From: a bacterium
GTDB lineage: Bacteria > J088 > JAWLBW01
Length of the DNA: 64,000 bases
Direction of reading: 5' to 3'
Assembly: GCA_041690355.1 (NCBI GenBank)
Contig: JAWLHK010000014.1
Coordinates: 1 to 64,000, forward strand
A program made the translations under genes and the position numbers. Shown in pieces: positions 40,734 to 50,007 of this stretch; position 1 is the stretch's first letter; every line of letters begins with the position of its first letter. Under the pieces are notes generated by a model, which ran no database searches, had not been told where the DNA came from, and was given only the letters and a program-made list of their open reading frames with translations.

Positions 40734-41092
40734 GATACGTCCGGCCGCTGATCGGCGTCGCGCTGCTCATCGTGGCGCTCGTCTTCGTCTTCGAAAACCA
40801 GTGGCTCTGGAACAGTCACACCATCGAGTACCGGTTCTTTTCCTGGACGCTGCTCTCCATGCAGGAGGTGCCGATCTGGGCCCTGCTGCTTTCGGCCTTC
40901 GCGCTCGGCTTTCTCGTCGCCTGGCTGCTCGGCCGCTGGGACGTGTTCGCGCTGCAGGCCGAGCTGCGGCGCACGCACAAACAGGTGCGCCGCTACGAGC
41001 GCGACGGGGTGGCCGGGTCTGAGGCCGCGCAGACGGCCGAGCCTTCCAAATCCGCTTCGCAGGCCGCTCCGGGCGAGGGTCCGCTCGCTTGA
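40730..41092 (+). CDS. LapA-family (DUF1049) membrane protein
   Basis: Two TM segments with FVFEN motif, then a short coiled coil; position after rpsA-sppA fits. Confidence 0.7.
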   Translation: MRYVRPLIGVALLIVALVFVFENQWLWNSHTIEYRFFSWTLLSMQEVPIWALLLSAFALGFLVAWLLGRWDVFALQAELRRTHKQVRRYERDGVAGSEAAQTAEPSKSASQAAPGEGPLA

Positions 41093-41117
41093 CAGAAGCG
41101 CCCCGTTCCATTACGCT
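41089..41117 (+). promoter_or_regulatory. Sigma70-type promoter of scoAB
   Basis: TTGACA-N17-TACGCT. Confidence 0.5.
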
Positions 41118-41165
41118 TGATCCTTTTCTACGACCTGCCACGCGCGCAGTTCAGCGAGGTACACC

Positions 41166-41867
41166 GTGAACAAACGCTACGCCAACGCCGCGGCGGCCCT
41201 GGACGGCCTGCTCCACGACGGGATGACCCTCATGGTCGGCGGGTTCGGGCTCTGCGGCATTCCCGAAAACCTGATTTTCGCCCTGCGCGACAGCGGCGTG
41301 AAAGACCTGACGGTCATCTCGAACAACGCCGGCGTCGACGATTTCGGGCTCGGGCTGCTGCTGCAGACGCGCCAGATTCGCAGGATGATCGCCTCCTACG
41401 TGGGCGAGAACAAGACCTTCGAGCGCCAGTACCTCGACGGTTCCCTCGAAGTCGAGCTGCTCCCCCAGGGTACGCTTGCCGAACGCATCCGGGCGGGCGG
41501 GGCGGGCATCGCCGGCTTCTACACGCGCACGTCGGTGGGCACGCCGATGGCCGAGGGCAAGGAGATTCGCGAGTTCGACGGCCATCTCTACGTGCTCGAG
41601 CGCCCGCTCAAGGCTGACCTCTCGCTGGTCAAGGCTTTCACTGGCGATCTCGAGGGCAACCTGGTGTACCGCAAGACGGCCCGCAACTTCAACCCGATGA
41701 TGGCCACGGCCGGCACGACGACCGTCGCCGAAGTCGAGTTTCTCGTTCCCACCGGCGACCTCGACCCCGACCAGATTCACACGCCGGGCATCTTCGTGAA
41801 CCGGATCCTGCAGGGGCAGGGGTACGAGAAGCGCATCGAAAAAATCACCGTCACCGAGCCGGTCTGA
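41166..41867 (+). CDS. scoA: 3-oxoacid CoA-transferase subunit A
   Basis: GGFGLCGIPENLI, SYVGEN, PQGTLAERIRAGGAG, ARNFNP. Confidence 0.95.
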   Translation: MNKRYANAAAALDGLLHDGMTLMVGGFGLCGIPENLIFALRDSGVKDLTVISNNAGVDDFGLGLLLQTRQIRRMIASYVGENKTFERQYLDGSLEVELLPQGTLAERIRAGGAGIAGFYTRTSVGTPMAEGKEIREFDGHLYVLERPLKADLSLVKAFTGDLEGNLVYRKTARNFNPMMATAGTTTVAEVEFLVPTGDLDPDQIHTPGIFVNRILQGQGYEKRIEKITVTEPV

Positions 41868-41876
41868 GAGGGCAGC

Positions 41877-42533
41877 ATGCTGACACGCGAACAACTGGCC
41901 ATGCGCGCGGCGCAGGAGCTGCGCGACGGATTCTATGTCAACCTCGGCATCGGCATCCCGACGCTCGTCGCCAACTACATCCCCCCCGGCATCAACATCA
42001 AGCTGCAGAGCGAGAACGGGCTGCTGGGTATCGGACCGTTCCCCGTGCGCGAGCAGGTCGACGCCGACCTGATCAACGCGGGCAAGCAGACCGTGACGGC
42101 CATGCCCGGCAGCAGCTACTTCTCGAGCGCCGACTCCTTCGGCATGATCCGCGGCGGGCACATCGACCTGGCCATTCTCGGCTCCATGCAGGTGAGCGAG
42201 AAGGGCGATATCGCCAACTGGACGATTCCCGGCAAGATGGTCAAGGGACCGGGCGGCGCCATGGATCTCGTGTACGGCGCAAAACGCATCGTCGTCGTCA
42301 TGGAGCACGTGGCCAAGGGGGGCGATCCGAAGATCCTCAGGCAGTGCACGCTTCCGCTGACCGGCGTCGGCGTCGTCAACCGCATCGTGACCGATCTGGC
42401 CGTCATCGACGTCGAGAAAGACGGCCTCTGGCTGCGCGAGATCGCGGCGGGGGCGACGGTCGAAGAGGTGGTCGCGAAGACCGAGCCGGAGCTCAAGATG
42501 GACCGGGCCGCCATCCAGCCGATCGCCGTCTGA
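41877..42533 (+). CDS. scoB: 3-oxoacid CoA-transferase subunit B
   Basis: VNLGIGIPT, catalytic QSENG, GGAMDLV, CTLPLTG. Confidence 0.95.
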   Translation: MLTREQLAMRAAQELRDGFYVNLGIGIPTLVANYIPPGINIKLQSENGLLGIGPFPVREQVDADLINAGKQTVTAMPGSSYFSSADSFGMIRGGHIDLAILGSMQVSEKGDIANWTIPGKMVKGPGGAMDLVYGAKRIVVVMEHVAKGGDPKILRQCTLPLTGVGVVNRIVTDLAVIDVEKDGLWLREIAAGATVEEVVAKTEPELKMDRAAIQPIAV

Positions 42534-42765
42534 CCCGGAGCCGACGACCGGGGCCGGGGGGCGCTTCTGAAGTTCACCCTGCGCACCGCATTTGCAAGTG
42601 CCTGATATCCGGTTTCCATTGGTCGGCCGGGGCCGCTTCTGGTATGCTATGAGCCGCCTCGCGAGCGGTATGGCATCCGCCGTCCGCGCCCGTTCCGACG
42701 AGAAACTCCCCGCCAGGATCGCTGGTTTTTGAAGAGCGCCCGCCGAAAATCGGCCGGCGACGACG

Positions 42766-45700
42766 ATGAAGATCAAGAAGCTGCACATTCAGGGTTTCAA
42801 GTCCTTCGCCGACCCCACGGATATCTTGCTCGGACCCGGCATCACGTCGGTCGTCGGCCCGAACGGCTGCGGCAAGAGTAACGTCATCGACGCCATCAAG
42901 TGGGTCATGGGCGAGCAGAGCGCCAAGCTGCTGCGCGGCCAGTCGATGGACGACGTCATCTTCGGCGGATCGGAGTCGCGCAAACCGCTCGGCATGGCCG
43001 AAGTGAGCATCGTCTTCGAGAACGAAGGCCCCACGCGGCCGGTCGGCTACGAACAGTACTCTGAAATCGAAATCACGCGCCGGCTCTACCGCAGCGGCGA
43101 GTCTGAATACCGCATCAACAAGGCCCAGGCCCGCCTGCGCGACATTCAGGAACTGTTCATGGATACGGGGGTCGGCGCGCGCGCCTACTCCATCATCGAA
43201 CAGGGCCAGATCGGCGCCCTCGTCAACGCAAAGCCCGAAGACCGGCGCGTGCTCATCGAAGAGGCGGCCGGCATCACCAAGTTCAAGAAGCGCAAGCAGG
43301 AAGCCATTCGCAAGATGGAGGCGACCGAGCAGAACCTGCTGCGCATCGGCGATCTGGCCAAGGAGCTGCGCCGGCAGCTGAATTCGCTCGATCGGCAGGC
43401 CAAAAAGGCCGAGAAGTACCGTGAGCTGCAGGTGGCCGCGCGCCGGATCGATCTCGGGCTGCTGCACGAGCGTCACGTGCGCCTGACGACCGAGCTGGCC
43501 GAAACCCAGACGCGCCTCGAACGCCTGCAGGAAGAGGAGACCCGCTATGCGGCCGCCTTCAGCGAGCAGGAGGCCGACGCCCAGACCCTGAAGCTGCAGA
43601 TTGCGGAACTGGAGAAGGAAGTCGTCTCCCTGCGCGACGAAGCTTATGCGGCAGCCGAACGGGTCGCCAACCACGAGCGCGACCTCGAGATCAACCGCAA
43701 CCGGCTCGAGCTGACCATCAGCCAGATCCGTTCGCTGACCCTGGAGCTCGAGAACGCGGATCGCCGGCGGTCAGACCTGGAAAACGAAATCCGCACCACC
43801 GAGGGGGCCCTCGAGACCCTCGAAGGGGATCTGGCGGAACGGGAAGAGGTGCTGCGGACCCGCGAAGCCGAGCTGGCGTCGCGCCAGAAAGAGGTCCAGG
43901 ATCTCGCCGCCGCCTTCGACAAGGCGAACCACGAGGTCATGGAGCTGCTGCAGCGCATGACCGAGAAGAAGGCGGCCGTCGAAAACGCCCGTTCGCGGCG
44001 CGACGACCTGATCCGCCGCTTCGAAGACACGCAGTCTGAGGTCAGCGAGCGCCGCTCGGTGCTCGAAGACGCCGCGGGCAAGGCCGCCGAACTGACGCGC
44101 ACCCGCGAAGAGGCCGAGGCAGACCGCAAGGAGCTCGCCGAGCGGCGCGACCGGCTGGCGGCCGAACTCGAAGAACTGCGCAAGGAGCTGGCCGAAGCGC
44201 TGCCGCGCCTCGAAATCGAGCGCCGCGCCCTGCAGGAGCGCGAAAGCCGCCTGCAGAGCCTGCGCGAGCTCGAAGCGGCCCACGAAGGGATGCGCGAGGG
44301 GGTGCGCGACCTGCTCGACCAGGCCCGCACGAAGCCCGAACTGGGCATTCTCGGCGTCGTCGCCGACGCCATGGAGCCGGCGGCCGGCCTCGAAGCCGCG
44401 CTGGCCGCGGCCCTCGGCGACCGCCTCGAAGCCCTGCTCGTATCCGACCACGCCCGCGCCCTCGAGGCCGTGGCCTTTCTAAGGGAAGGTGACGGCAAGG
44501 GGCGCGCCCAGTTTCTGCCGGCCGGCATGCGCCAGGCCGAGAAGGGCAACCCGACGGCGCGCCGCCTGGCCGACGAAATCCGCTTCAAGGGGGCCCACGG
44601 CATGCTCGTGCGCGCCCTGCTCGAGAACGTGCTGCTGGCCGACAGCGATGCCGAGGCCGTGCGCATCTGGAACGAGAACGCCGGCTTCACGGTCGTCTCG
44701 CGCAACGGCGTCCTGCTCGCGGCCGACGGGGCCGTCACCGGCGGCGGCGAAGAGCGCGGCACGGCCCTGCTGCGCCAGAAGCGCGAGGCCATCGAGCTCG
44801 AAGAAGACATCGAAAAGCGCCGCCTGGGCATGAAGACCCTCGAAGAAGACGTTCAGGAAATGAAGCGGCGCGAGACCTTTCTCGTCGAAGAGCTCGACGG
44901 GATTCGCGCCGACCTGCACCGCAACGAGCTGCAGCTGGCCGAGGTGCTCAAGGATCTGGCTGCTGCCGAACGGGAACGCGACCGCGTCACCCGCGAGCTC
45001 GAAGAGCTGCAGGACGAGGCGACGGCCTTCCAGGACGACATGGATGCAATCTTCGAGCGCATCAGCGAGGGCGAAAAGGAACTGCTCGCCATCAACACGG
45101 CCCGCGAAGAAGCGGTGCAGCGCCGCGACGAGACGACGCGCCGGCATGGCGAAGCCCGGCAGGCCCTCGACGACGTCTCGCAGGCCATCTCGGACCTGCG
45201 CGTGCAGGCGGCCGACTCCCGCAGCGCCCTGCAAAACCGCCGCGACCTGCTGAACCGCCTCGTGCGCGACCGGCAGGGGATGGACGAACGCGGCCGCCGG
45301 GCCGACCTGGAGCTCGAAGAAGGCGAGAAACGCAAGGCCGAGCTGGAGAAGCTGCTCGCCGAAGCCTCCGGGGGCACCGACGCGCTGCTCGCCCGCAAGG
45401 CCGAGATCGAGTCGCGCGGCGCCGCCGCCATGGACCGCCTCAACGAGGTCAAGGCCGAGTTGGACGGGCGGGAAGGGGGCATGCGCGACGCCCGCCGGAC
45501 CTACGAGCAGATTCGAGAAAACGCTTCAAAAGATGCGCTCAAGATTGCGGAATTGCAGAAGGAATCCACCTTCATCCTCGAGCAGTTCCAGGAACGGTTC
45601 AAGGTTTCGGCCGAGCAGGTGCAGCCCGACGACATGGACGTCGAGGGGGATGCCGACGCCCGCCAGCGCCGCCTGAGCGACCTCAAGCGCAAGATGGAAG

Positions 45701-46296
45701 ACATGGGCGAGGTCAACCTCGCCGCCATGAACGAGTACAAGGAAATCGAGGACCGCTATAAGTTCATCGAATCGCAGCAGAACGACCTGCTCGAGTCGCT
45801 CGACGCCCTGCGCAAGGCCATCAACAAGATTCAGAAGACGAGCCGCGACCGTTTCCAGGCGACCTTCGACATCGTGAACGAGAAGTTCAAGATGGTTTTT
45901 CCGCGCCTGTTCAACGGCGGGCATGCCGAGCTGCGCCTGACCGAGGGGGACGATCTGCTGGAATCGGGGGTCGAAATCATCGCGCAGCCGCCGGGCAAGA
46001 AGCTCGGCCGCGTGAACCTGCTCTCTGGCGGCGAAAAGGCTCTGACGGCCGTCTCGCTCATTTTCGCCATCTTCCTGCTCAAGCCGAGCCCGTTCTGCAT
46101 CCTCGACGAAGTCGACGCGCCGCTCGATGACGCCAATATCGATCGGTTCAACGCCTTGCTCGAAGAGATGAACAAACTCAGCCAGATTCTCATGATCACG
46201 CACAACAAGCACACCATGGAGATCGCCGACGAGCTCTATGGCGTTACCATGCAGGAAAGCGGCGTCTCACGCGTCGTCAACGTGCAGCTGACCTGA
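42766..46296 (+). CDS. smc: Chromosome segregation protein SMC
   Basis: GFKSF, Walker A GPNGCGKSN, long coiled coils with hinge, LSGGEK, LDEVDAPLD. Confidence 0.97.
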   Translation: MKIKKLHIQGFKSFADPTDILLGPGITSVVGPNGCGKSNVIDAIKWVMGEQSAKLLRGQSMDDVIFGGSESRKPLGMAEVSIVFENEGPTRPVGYEQYSEIEITRRLYRSGESEYRINKAQARLRDIQELFMDTGVGARAYSIIEQGQIGALVNAKPEDRRVLIEEAAGITKFKKRKQEAIRKMEATEQNLLRIGDLAKELRRQLNSLDRQAKKAEKYRELQVAARRIDLGLLHERHVRLTTELAETQTRLERLQEEETRYAAAFSEQEADAQTLKLQIAELEKEVVSLRDEAYAAAERVANHERDLEINRNRLELTISQIRSLTLELENADRRRSDLENEIRTTEGALETLEGDLAEREEVLRTREAELASRQKEVQDLAAAFDKANHEVMELLQRMTEKKAAVENARSRRDDLIRRFEDTQSEVSERRSVLEDAAGKAAELTRTREEAEADRKELAERRDRLAAELEELRKELAEALPRLEIERRALQERESRLQSLRELEAAHEGMREGVRDLLDQARTKPELGILGVVADAMEPAAGLEAALAAALGDRLEALLVSDHARALEAVAFLREGDGKGRAQFLPAGMRQAEKGNPTARRLADEIRFKGAHGMLVRALLENVLLADSDAEAVRIWNENAGFTVVSRNGVLLAADGAVTGGGEERGTALLRQKREAIELEEDIEKRRLGMKTLEEDVQEMKRRETFLVEELDGIRADLHRNELQLAEVLKDLAAAERERDRVTRELEELQDEATAFQDDMDAIFERISEGEKELLAINTAREEAVQRRDETTRRHGEARQALDDVSQAISDLRVQAADSRSALQNRRDLLNRLVRDRQGMDERGRRADLELEEGEKRKAELEKLLAEASGGTDALLARKAEIESRGAAAMDRLNEVKAELDGREGGMRDARRTYEQIRENASKDALKIAELQKESTFILEQFQERFKVSAEQVQPDDMDVEGDADARQRRLSDLKRKMEDMGEVNLAAMNEYKEIEDRYKFIESQQNDLLESLDALRKAINKIQKTSRDRFQATFDIVNEKFKMVFPRLFNGGHAELRLTEGDDLLESGVEIIAQPPGKKLGRVNLLSGGEKALTAVSLIFAIFLLKPSPFCILDEVDAPLDDANIDRFNALLEEMNKLSQILMITHNKHTMEIADELYGVTMQESGVSRVVNVQLT

Positions 46297-46312
46297 TCCC
46301 CGGGTTCCACCC

Positions 46313-46975
46313 ATGAACCAGACCGGCTGGGGCGAGTTCGTGAACGGGTTCGCCCGGTTCGTGGCCCACGGGCTCCGCAACCGGCTGACCCCGGCGTTCA
46401 CCTATGTCCGCATGCTCAAGGAGTCGCCGGACATGGCCCCCGAACGTCGCCGGATGATGATCGAGCTGGCCGATCGGTCGCTCGACGAGGCGCTCAAGCT
46501 CTGCCGGGCAGTCGAGCAGGTATCCCATGCGAAAGCAGGCGAGGTGCGCGCGGTCGATCTGGCCGCGTGGCTCGGCGCGCTGGCCGGGCGCCACGGCGTG
46601 GCCCTCGAAGGGCTCGCGGTGACCGGCGTCAAGACGGTGGAGCTGGATACCGGCCTGTGGGAGACGGCTCTCGGGGGGCTGCTCGAAAACGTACGCGAAC
46701 ATGGCAACGCCCGCGCCGGGATTCTTGCCGAGCCGGTTGGCGACGGACAACTGCGCGTGGCGATCGTCGATCAGGGTCCCGGCATGGGGGCCATGGACGT
46801 CGAACGGGTTCTGGAGCCGACCCGGCGCCGCGAAGGATCGCCGGGGGCCGGCATGGGGCTCAGCCGGGTTACCTGGGCGGTACTGCAGCTGGGGGGGAGC
46901 CTTCAGCTCGAAGCGATGGAACCCGGCGGCATCCGCGCGACGGTCACGGGACGCCTCGGTACAATTGGCGCATAA
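46313..46975 (+). CDS. Sensor-less histidine kinase-like protein (HisKA + HATPase)
   Basis: AHGLRNRLT H-box near the N-terminus; LLENVREH, DQGPGM, GAGMGLS; no input domain. Confidence 0.75.
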   Translation: MNQTGWGEFVNGFARFVAHGLRNRLTPAFTYVRMLKESPDMAPERRRMMIELADRSLDEALKLCRAVEQVSHAKAGEVRAVDLAAWLGALAGRHGVALEGLAVTGVKTVELDTGLWETALGGLLENVREHGNARAGILAEPVGDGQLRVAIVDQGPGMGAMDVERVLEPTRRREGSPGAGMGLSRVTWAVLQLGGSLQLEAMEPGGIRATVTGRLGTIGA

Positions 46976-46992
46976 TGTATATTATGTCAACT
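46965..46992 (+). other. dif site (XerC/XerD chromosome dimer resolution site)
   Basis: TTGGCGCATAA-TGTATA-TTATGTCAACT versus E. coli dif GGTGCGCATAA-TGTATA-TTATGTTAAAT; KOPS-like octamers converge here. Confidence 0.9.
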
Positions 46993-47094
46993 TTACCGGA
47001 ACCGGAAGGCGCGCCTTTTCCGGCCTGATTCCGGCCGGCGCGGTTTCCCCTCATTTTCCTGGTCCTGAAGTTCCGGCGTCCCCTTCGGGTACCC

Positions 47095-48189
47095 TCAGGG
47101 AACGTGAATCCGGTAGAGACTGCCGAGGTTCGTCAACGCGAAGAGCCCTGCGCCGCGACGTTCCGGTGCCGCCGAGAAGCCCGAGACGGCCCGGTCATAA
47201 CGCCACCGGAGCGTTCCCGCTCTGCCGTCGACCTCGCCGACTCCGCCGGCGGCGTCGGTAAAGAAGACGCGGCTCCCCTCCATGATCGGACGATTGATCC
47301 ACGTACGTGTCACCGGCACGGTCCACAGATTGCGACCCGTAGCCGGATCGAAGGCCTTGAGCTCGCCGCTCAACGTGCCCACGACGAGCCGGTCTCCGGC
47401 GACGGCCGGCGCCTCGTGTGAAACGACCGGTTCCGACCAGATCATGTTGCCCGAGGCGGCGTCCATGCAGAGCAGCCGCGAGCCGTAGACGACGACGTAG
47501 ACCCGGTTGCCCAGGATGACCGGGGTGGAATCGATGTCGGTGAAGCGCGCGGCCTCACCCGTCCAGCGCTGGCTCCACTCGACCTGCCCCGTCGCCCCGT
47601 CGAGGCGCACCACCGCGCCGTCGGAGAAGCCGGTCAGCACGTCACCCTCGAAGACGGTGGCGCCGGCCGCGCCGCGGATGCTCAACTGCGGATCGTCGCC
47701 GCGCGCATACTGCCAGCGCCATTCGCCTGAGTTCCGGTCGAGCGCATAGACCTGATTGTTGCCCGTCGTCACGAAAAGGCGGTCTTCGTGGGCGGCCGGG
47801 CGTCCGAGCACCTCGTGGCCCGTGAAATACCGCCACCGCACGTCGCCGTTCTGCGCATCGAGCGCGAAGACCGAACCGGTGACGGTACCCAGGTAAAGCG
47901 TATCGCCCACGAGCAGCGCATCGGCCTCGACGGCCCCGCCCAGGGCGCGGCTCCAGACCCGATTGCCGTGCAGGTCGTAGGCGAAGGCCGTCCCTTCGCG
48001 CGTGCCCACGTAAATCCGATCGCCGCCGCTGACGGGCGCCGACCGCTGCACCGGATTCCAGGGAAGCATGATGCGGTCGAAATCGAGCGGCCGCACCCAA
48101 TGGATGGCATACCGGGGGAATTCGGCCGCAAAGGCGATCGCTCCACCGAGCAGGAGAAACGCCAGGATGGCCAGAGAGGTGCGCCGCAC
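47095..48189 (-). CDS. PQQ-like beta-propeller protein, BamB-like
   Basis: Repeated A-L-D-x-x-x-G-x-x-x-W blades, FTDIDSTPV; signal peptide without a lipobox Cys; follows a YfgM-like gene. Confidence 0.8.
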   Translation of the reverse strand: MRRTSLAILAFLLLGGAIAFAAEFPRYAIHWVRPLDFDRIMLPWNPVQRSAPVSGGDRIYVGTREGTAFAYDLHGNRVWSRALGGAVEADALLVGDTLYLGTVTGSVFALDAQNGDVRWRYFTGHEVLGRPAAHEDRLFVTTGNNQVYALDRNSGEWRWQYARGDDPQLSIRGAAGATVFEGDVLTGFSDGAVVRLDGATGQVEWSQRWTGEAARFTDIDSTPVILGNRVYVVVYGSRLLCMDAASGNMIWSEPVVSHEAPAVAGDRLVVGTLSGELKAFDPATGRNLWTVPVTRTWINRPIMEGSRVFFTDAAGGVGEVDGRAGTLRWRYDRAVSGFSAAPERRGAGLFALTNLGSLYRIHVP

Positions 48190-48203
48190 GGGATTCAGCT
48201 TTT

Positions 48204-48857
48204 TCAGGGCCTGGTCGTTTCGGAAACGGCAGCCGCCGTCGCTTCACGCACCACGCGGTTGCGTTCGAGATAGACCTGCACGCGGCCGATGTCGCTCGCG
48301 AGCACCGAGGCATACGGGCTGACGTCGACGGCGTTGGCGCGCTGATAGTAGTCGAGGGCGCGTTCGTAATTGCGCATCGCCTCCCACGCCTTGCCGGCCT
48401 GCATCAGCGCCATGCTCTTGAACGAAGGCTGCGACTCGAAACGCTCGGCCGCTTTCTGAAACGCGTTGGCCGCCTCTTCGAAGCGGTTCAGGCGGTAGTA
48501 GGCGTCGCCGACCGACACGAGCGCGAGCGACGCGGCGTCGGTGTTGCGGTAATTCTCAAAATAGGCCTCGAGCTCGCCGACGACCTTCTTCAACCGTTCG
48601 GCGCGCTCGGCTTCGGGGGCCTGCACGGCCTGGTCGAGCGTCTCGGCCAGTCGGGCGTACTGATAGCGGGCCTCTTCCTGCTTGGATTCGGCGTAGTAGC
48701 CGTAGCCCAGGCCACCCGCGGCCACGAGCACGACGATGAGCACGATGCCCACGACCGAAGAGGCGTGCCCGCGAACCCAGTCGAACACGCGGTTCATGGT
48801 CGTCTGAAACGTATCGGGCTTCTTGATGTCGTGGCGGGTCAGTCGTTTTTCGCTCAT
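48204..48857 (-). CDS. YfgM-like membrane-anchored TPR protein
   Basis: LTRHDIKKPDTF N-terminus, single TM, TPR helices. Confidence 0.8.
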   Translation of the reverse strand: MSEKRLTRHDIKKPDTFQTTMNRVFDWVRGHASSVVGIVLIVVLVAAGGLGYGYYAESKQEEARYQYARLAETLDQAVQAPEAERAERLKKVVGELEAYFENYRNTDAASLALVSVGDAYYRLNRFEEAANAFQKAAERFESQPSFKSMALMQAGKAWEAMRNYERALDYYQRANAVDVSPYASVLASDIGRVQVYLERNRVVREATAAAVSETTRP

Positions 48858-48881
48858 GCAGCAACCAGGGGAAAAACAATC

Positions 48882-48910
48882 ATTCTAGTGAGGACTTCAA
48901 GCAAAGTCAA
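48882..48910 (-). promoter_or_regulatory. Sigma70-type promoter of the yfgM-like/bamB-like pair
   Basis: Minus strand TTGACT-N17-TAGAAT. Confidence 0.6.
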
Positions 48911-48922
48911 CGCCTTATCCCA

Positions 48923-49184
48923 ATTGACGATTTACGATTGACGATTGACGATTTGCCGGAAAGGACTTGGGGGCGCCTGTCCTTGCTGCGTTGGTGCTTG
49001 GCACTTGGTTCTCGAAGTGACGAGTGACGAGTGACGAGTGACGAATTTCGGCAGGGGCTGGAACCTGTGCCCTTTCTTCTTCAGCGCTTGGCGCTCGGTG
49101 CTTGGCGCTTCACCCGCGACGGGTGACGAATACAAGCGCAGGTCCCTTGCCGCTCAGGAATCAGGAATCAGGAATTAGGAATTG
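48923..49184. repeat. Composite repeat region: ATTGACG x5, degenerate 85-bp-family units with AGTGACG x4, TCAGGAA x4
   Basis: Arrays at 48923-48957, 49016-49046 and 49154-49184; CAGCGCTTGGCGCT shared with the 34368 repeat. Confidence 0.85.
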
Positions 49185-49205
49185 CAGTAGGGTACAATCT
49201 CACGG

Positions 49206-49814
49206 ATGCGTTTTCCGTCCGGCCGGCTTCCGGCATTCCTCTTCGGTCTCGTGTGGCTTACCCTTGCCCTGCCCGCCTCAGCGCTTGCCGAGGATGAGGA
49301 GGACAAGGATTGGACGGCGCTCGCCAAGGCCGCCCACGCGCAACTGACGACACGCCCGGCCGACCCCGATCTCCTCAACCTGAGCGGATACCTGCACTTC
49401 CGCGCGGGCGTCACCGACGTCGCCTACCGCGCCTACCGCGCCGCGATCAAGGCCCGCCCCCGGTTCGCCGTGGCGTGGAACAATCTGGGCGTCCTCCTCA
49501 TGCGGCAGAAGAAATATGAGGAAGCCGAGATCTGCTTTCGCCGGGCGCTCGAGATCGACAAGCGCTACTCAAAGGCGCGCTACAATCTGGCCGTTTCCCG
49601 GTTCCGCCAGGGCGCCTATCGAGAATCGCTCTTCATGTACCTGGATCTGCGTGACGACGACCCCGAATACACGAACGTGCGCACGAATCCCCTCAAGGCA
49701 GAAGAAGAGCTCGACGCCGCACTCGCCGCCGATCCCGACAATTTCTTCCTCAAGCAGGTGCGCAAACGGGTGAAGAGCGAGGCCCCGCGCCCCGTCTCGG
49801 CGCCGGCACGCTGA
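49206..49814 (+). CDS. Exported TPR protein
   Basis: Signal peptide (ALA); AWNNLGVLL and ARYNLAV TPR consensus. Confidence 0.85.
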   Translation: MRFPSGRLPAFLFGLVWLTLALPASALAEDEEDKDWTALAKAAHAQLTTRPADPDLLNLSGYLHFRAGVTDVAYRAYRAAIKARPRFAVAWNNLGVLLMRQKKYEEAEICFRRALEIDKRYSKARYNLAVSRFRQGAYRESLFMYLDLRDDDPEYTNVRTNPLKAEEELDAALAADPDNFFLKQVRKRVKSEAPRPVSAPAR

Positions 49815-49837
49815 TCATCCGTCATCCCGCAGCCGCT

Positions 49838-49981
49838 TCATCCCGTACTCAGTCGGTAACGCCCTCTGTAACTGCGCAAGATATCATACCCATGGCTCGC
49901 GCCGAGGATCTCGAGTCCTGTACGGATCGTGGCGGTAATTCCTTGGCCCGTTGCCTCCTGGGCCTTCTGGAGAACGTCCAC
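49838..49981 (-). pseudogene. Possible type II antitoxin (VapB-like) remnant
   Basis: VDVLQKAQEATGQGITATIRTGLEILGASHGYDILRSYRGR resembles RHH-type antitoxins; N-terminus and RBS unclear; no toxin adjacent. Confidence 0.4.
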
Positions 49982-50007
49982 CGGTGGGCAGCATGAGTTC
50001 TCGGTGG

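Noticed and set aside
42766-46975. SMC-based defence system (Wadjet/Lamassu-like)
   Set aside because: The protein is a canonical full-length Smc with hinge, with no jet/mks or effector genes adjacent
46900-47100. Xer-integrated mobile element (IMEX or prophage) at dif
   Set aside because: No second dif-like copy and no phage, replication or integrase genes seen in the window
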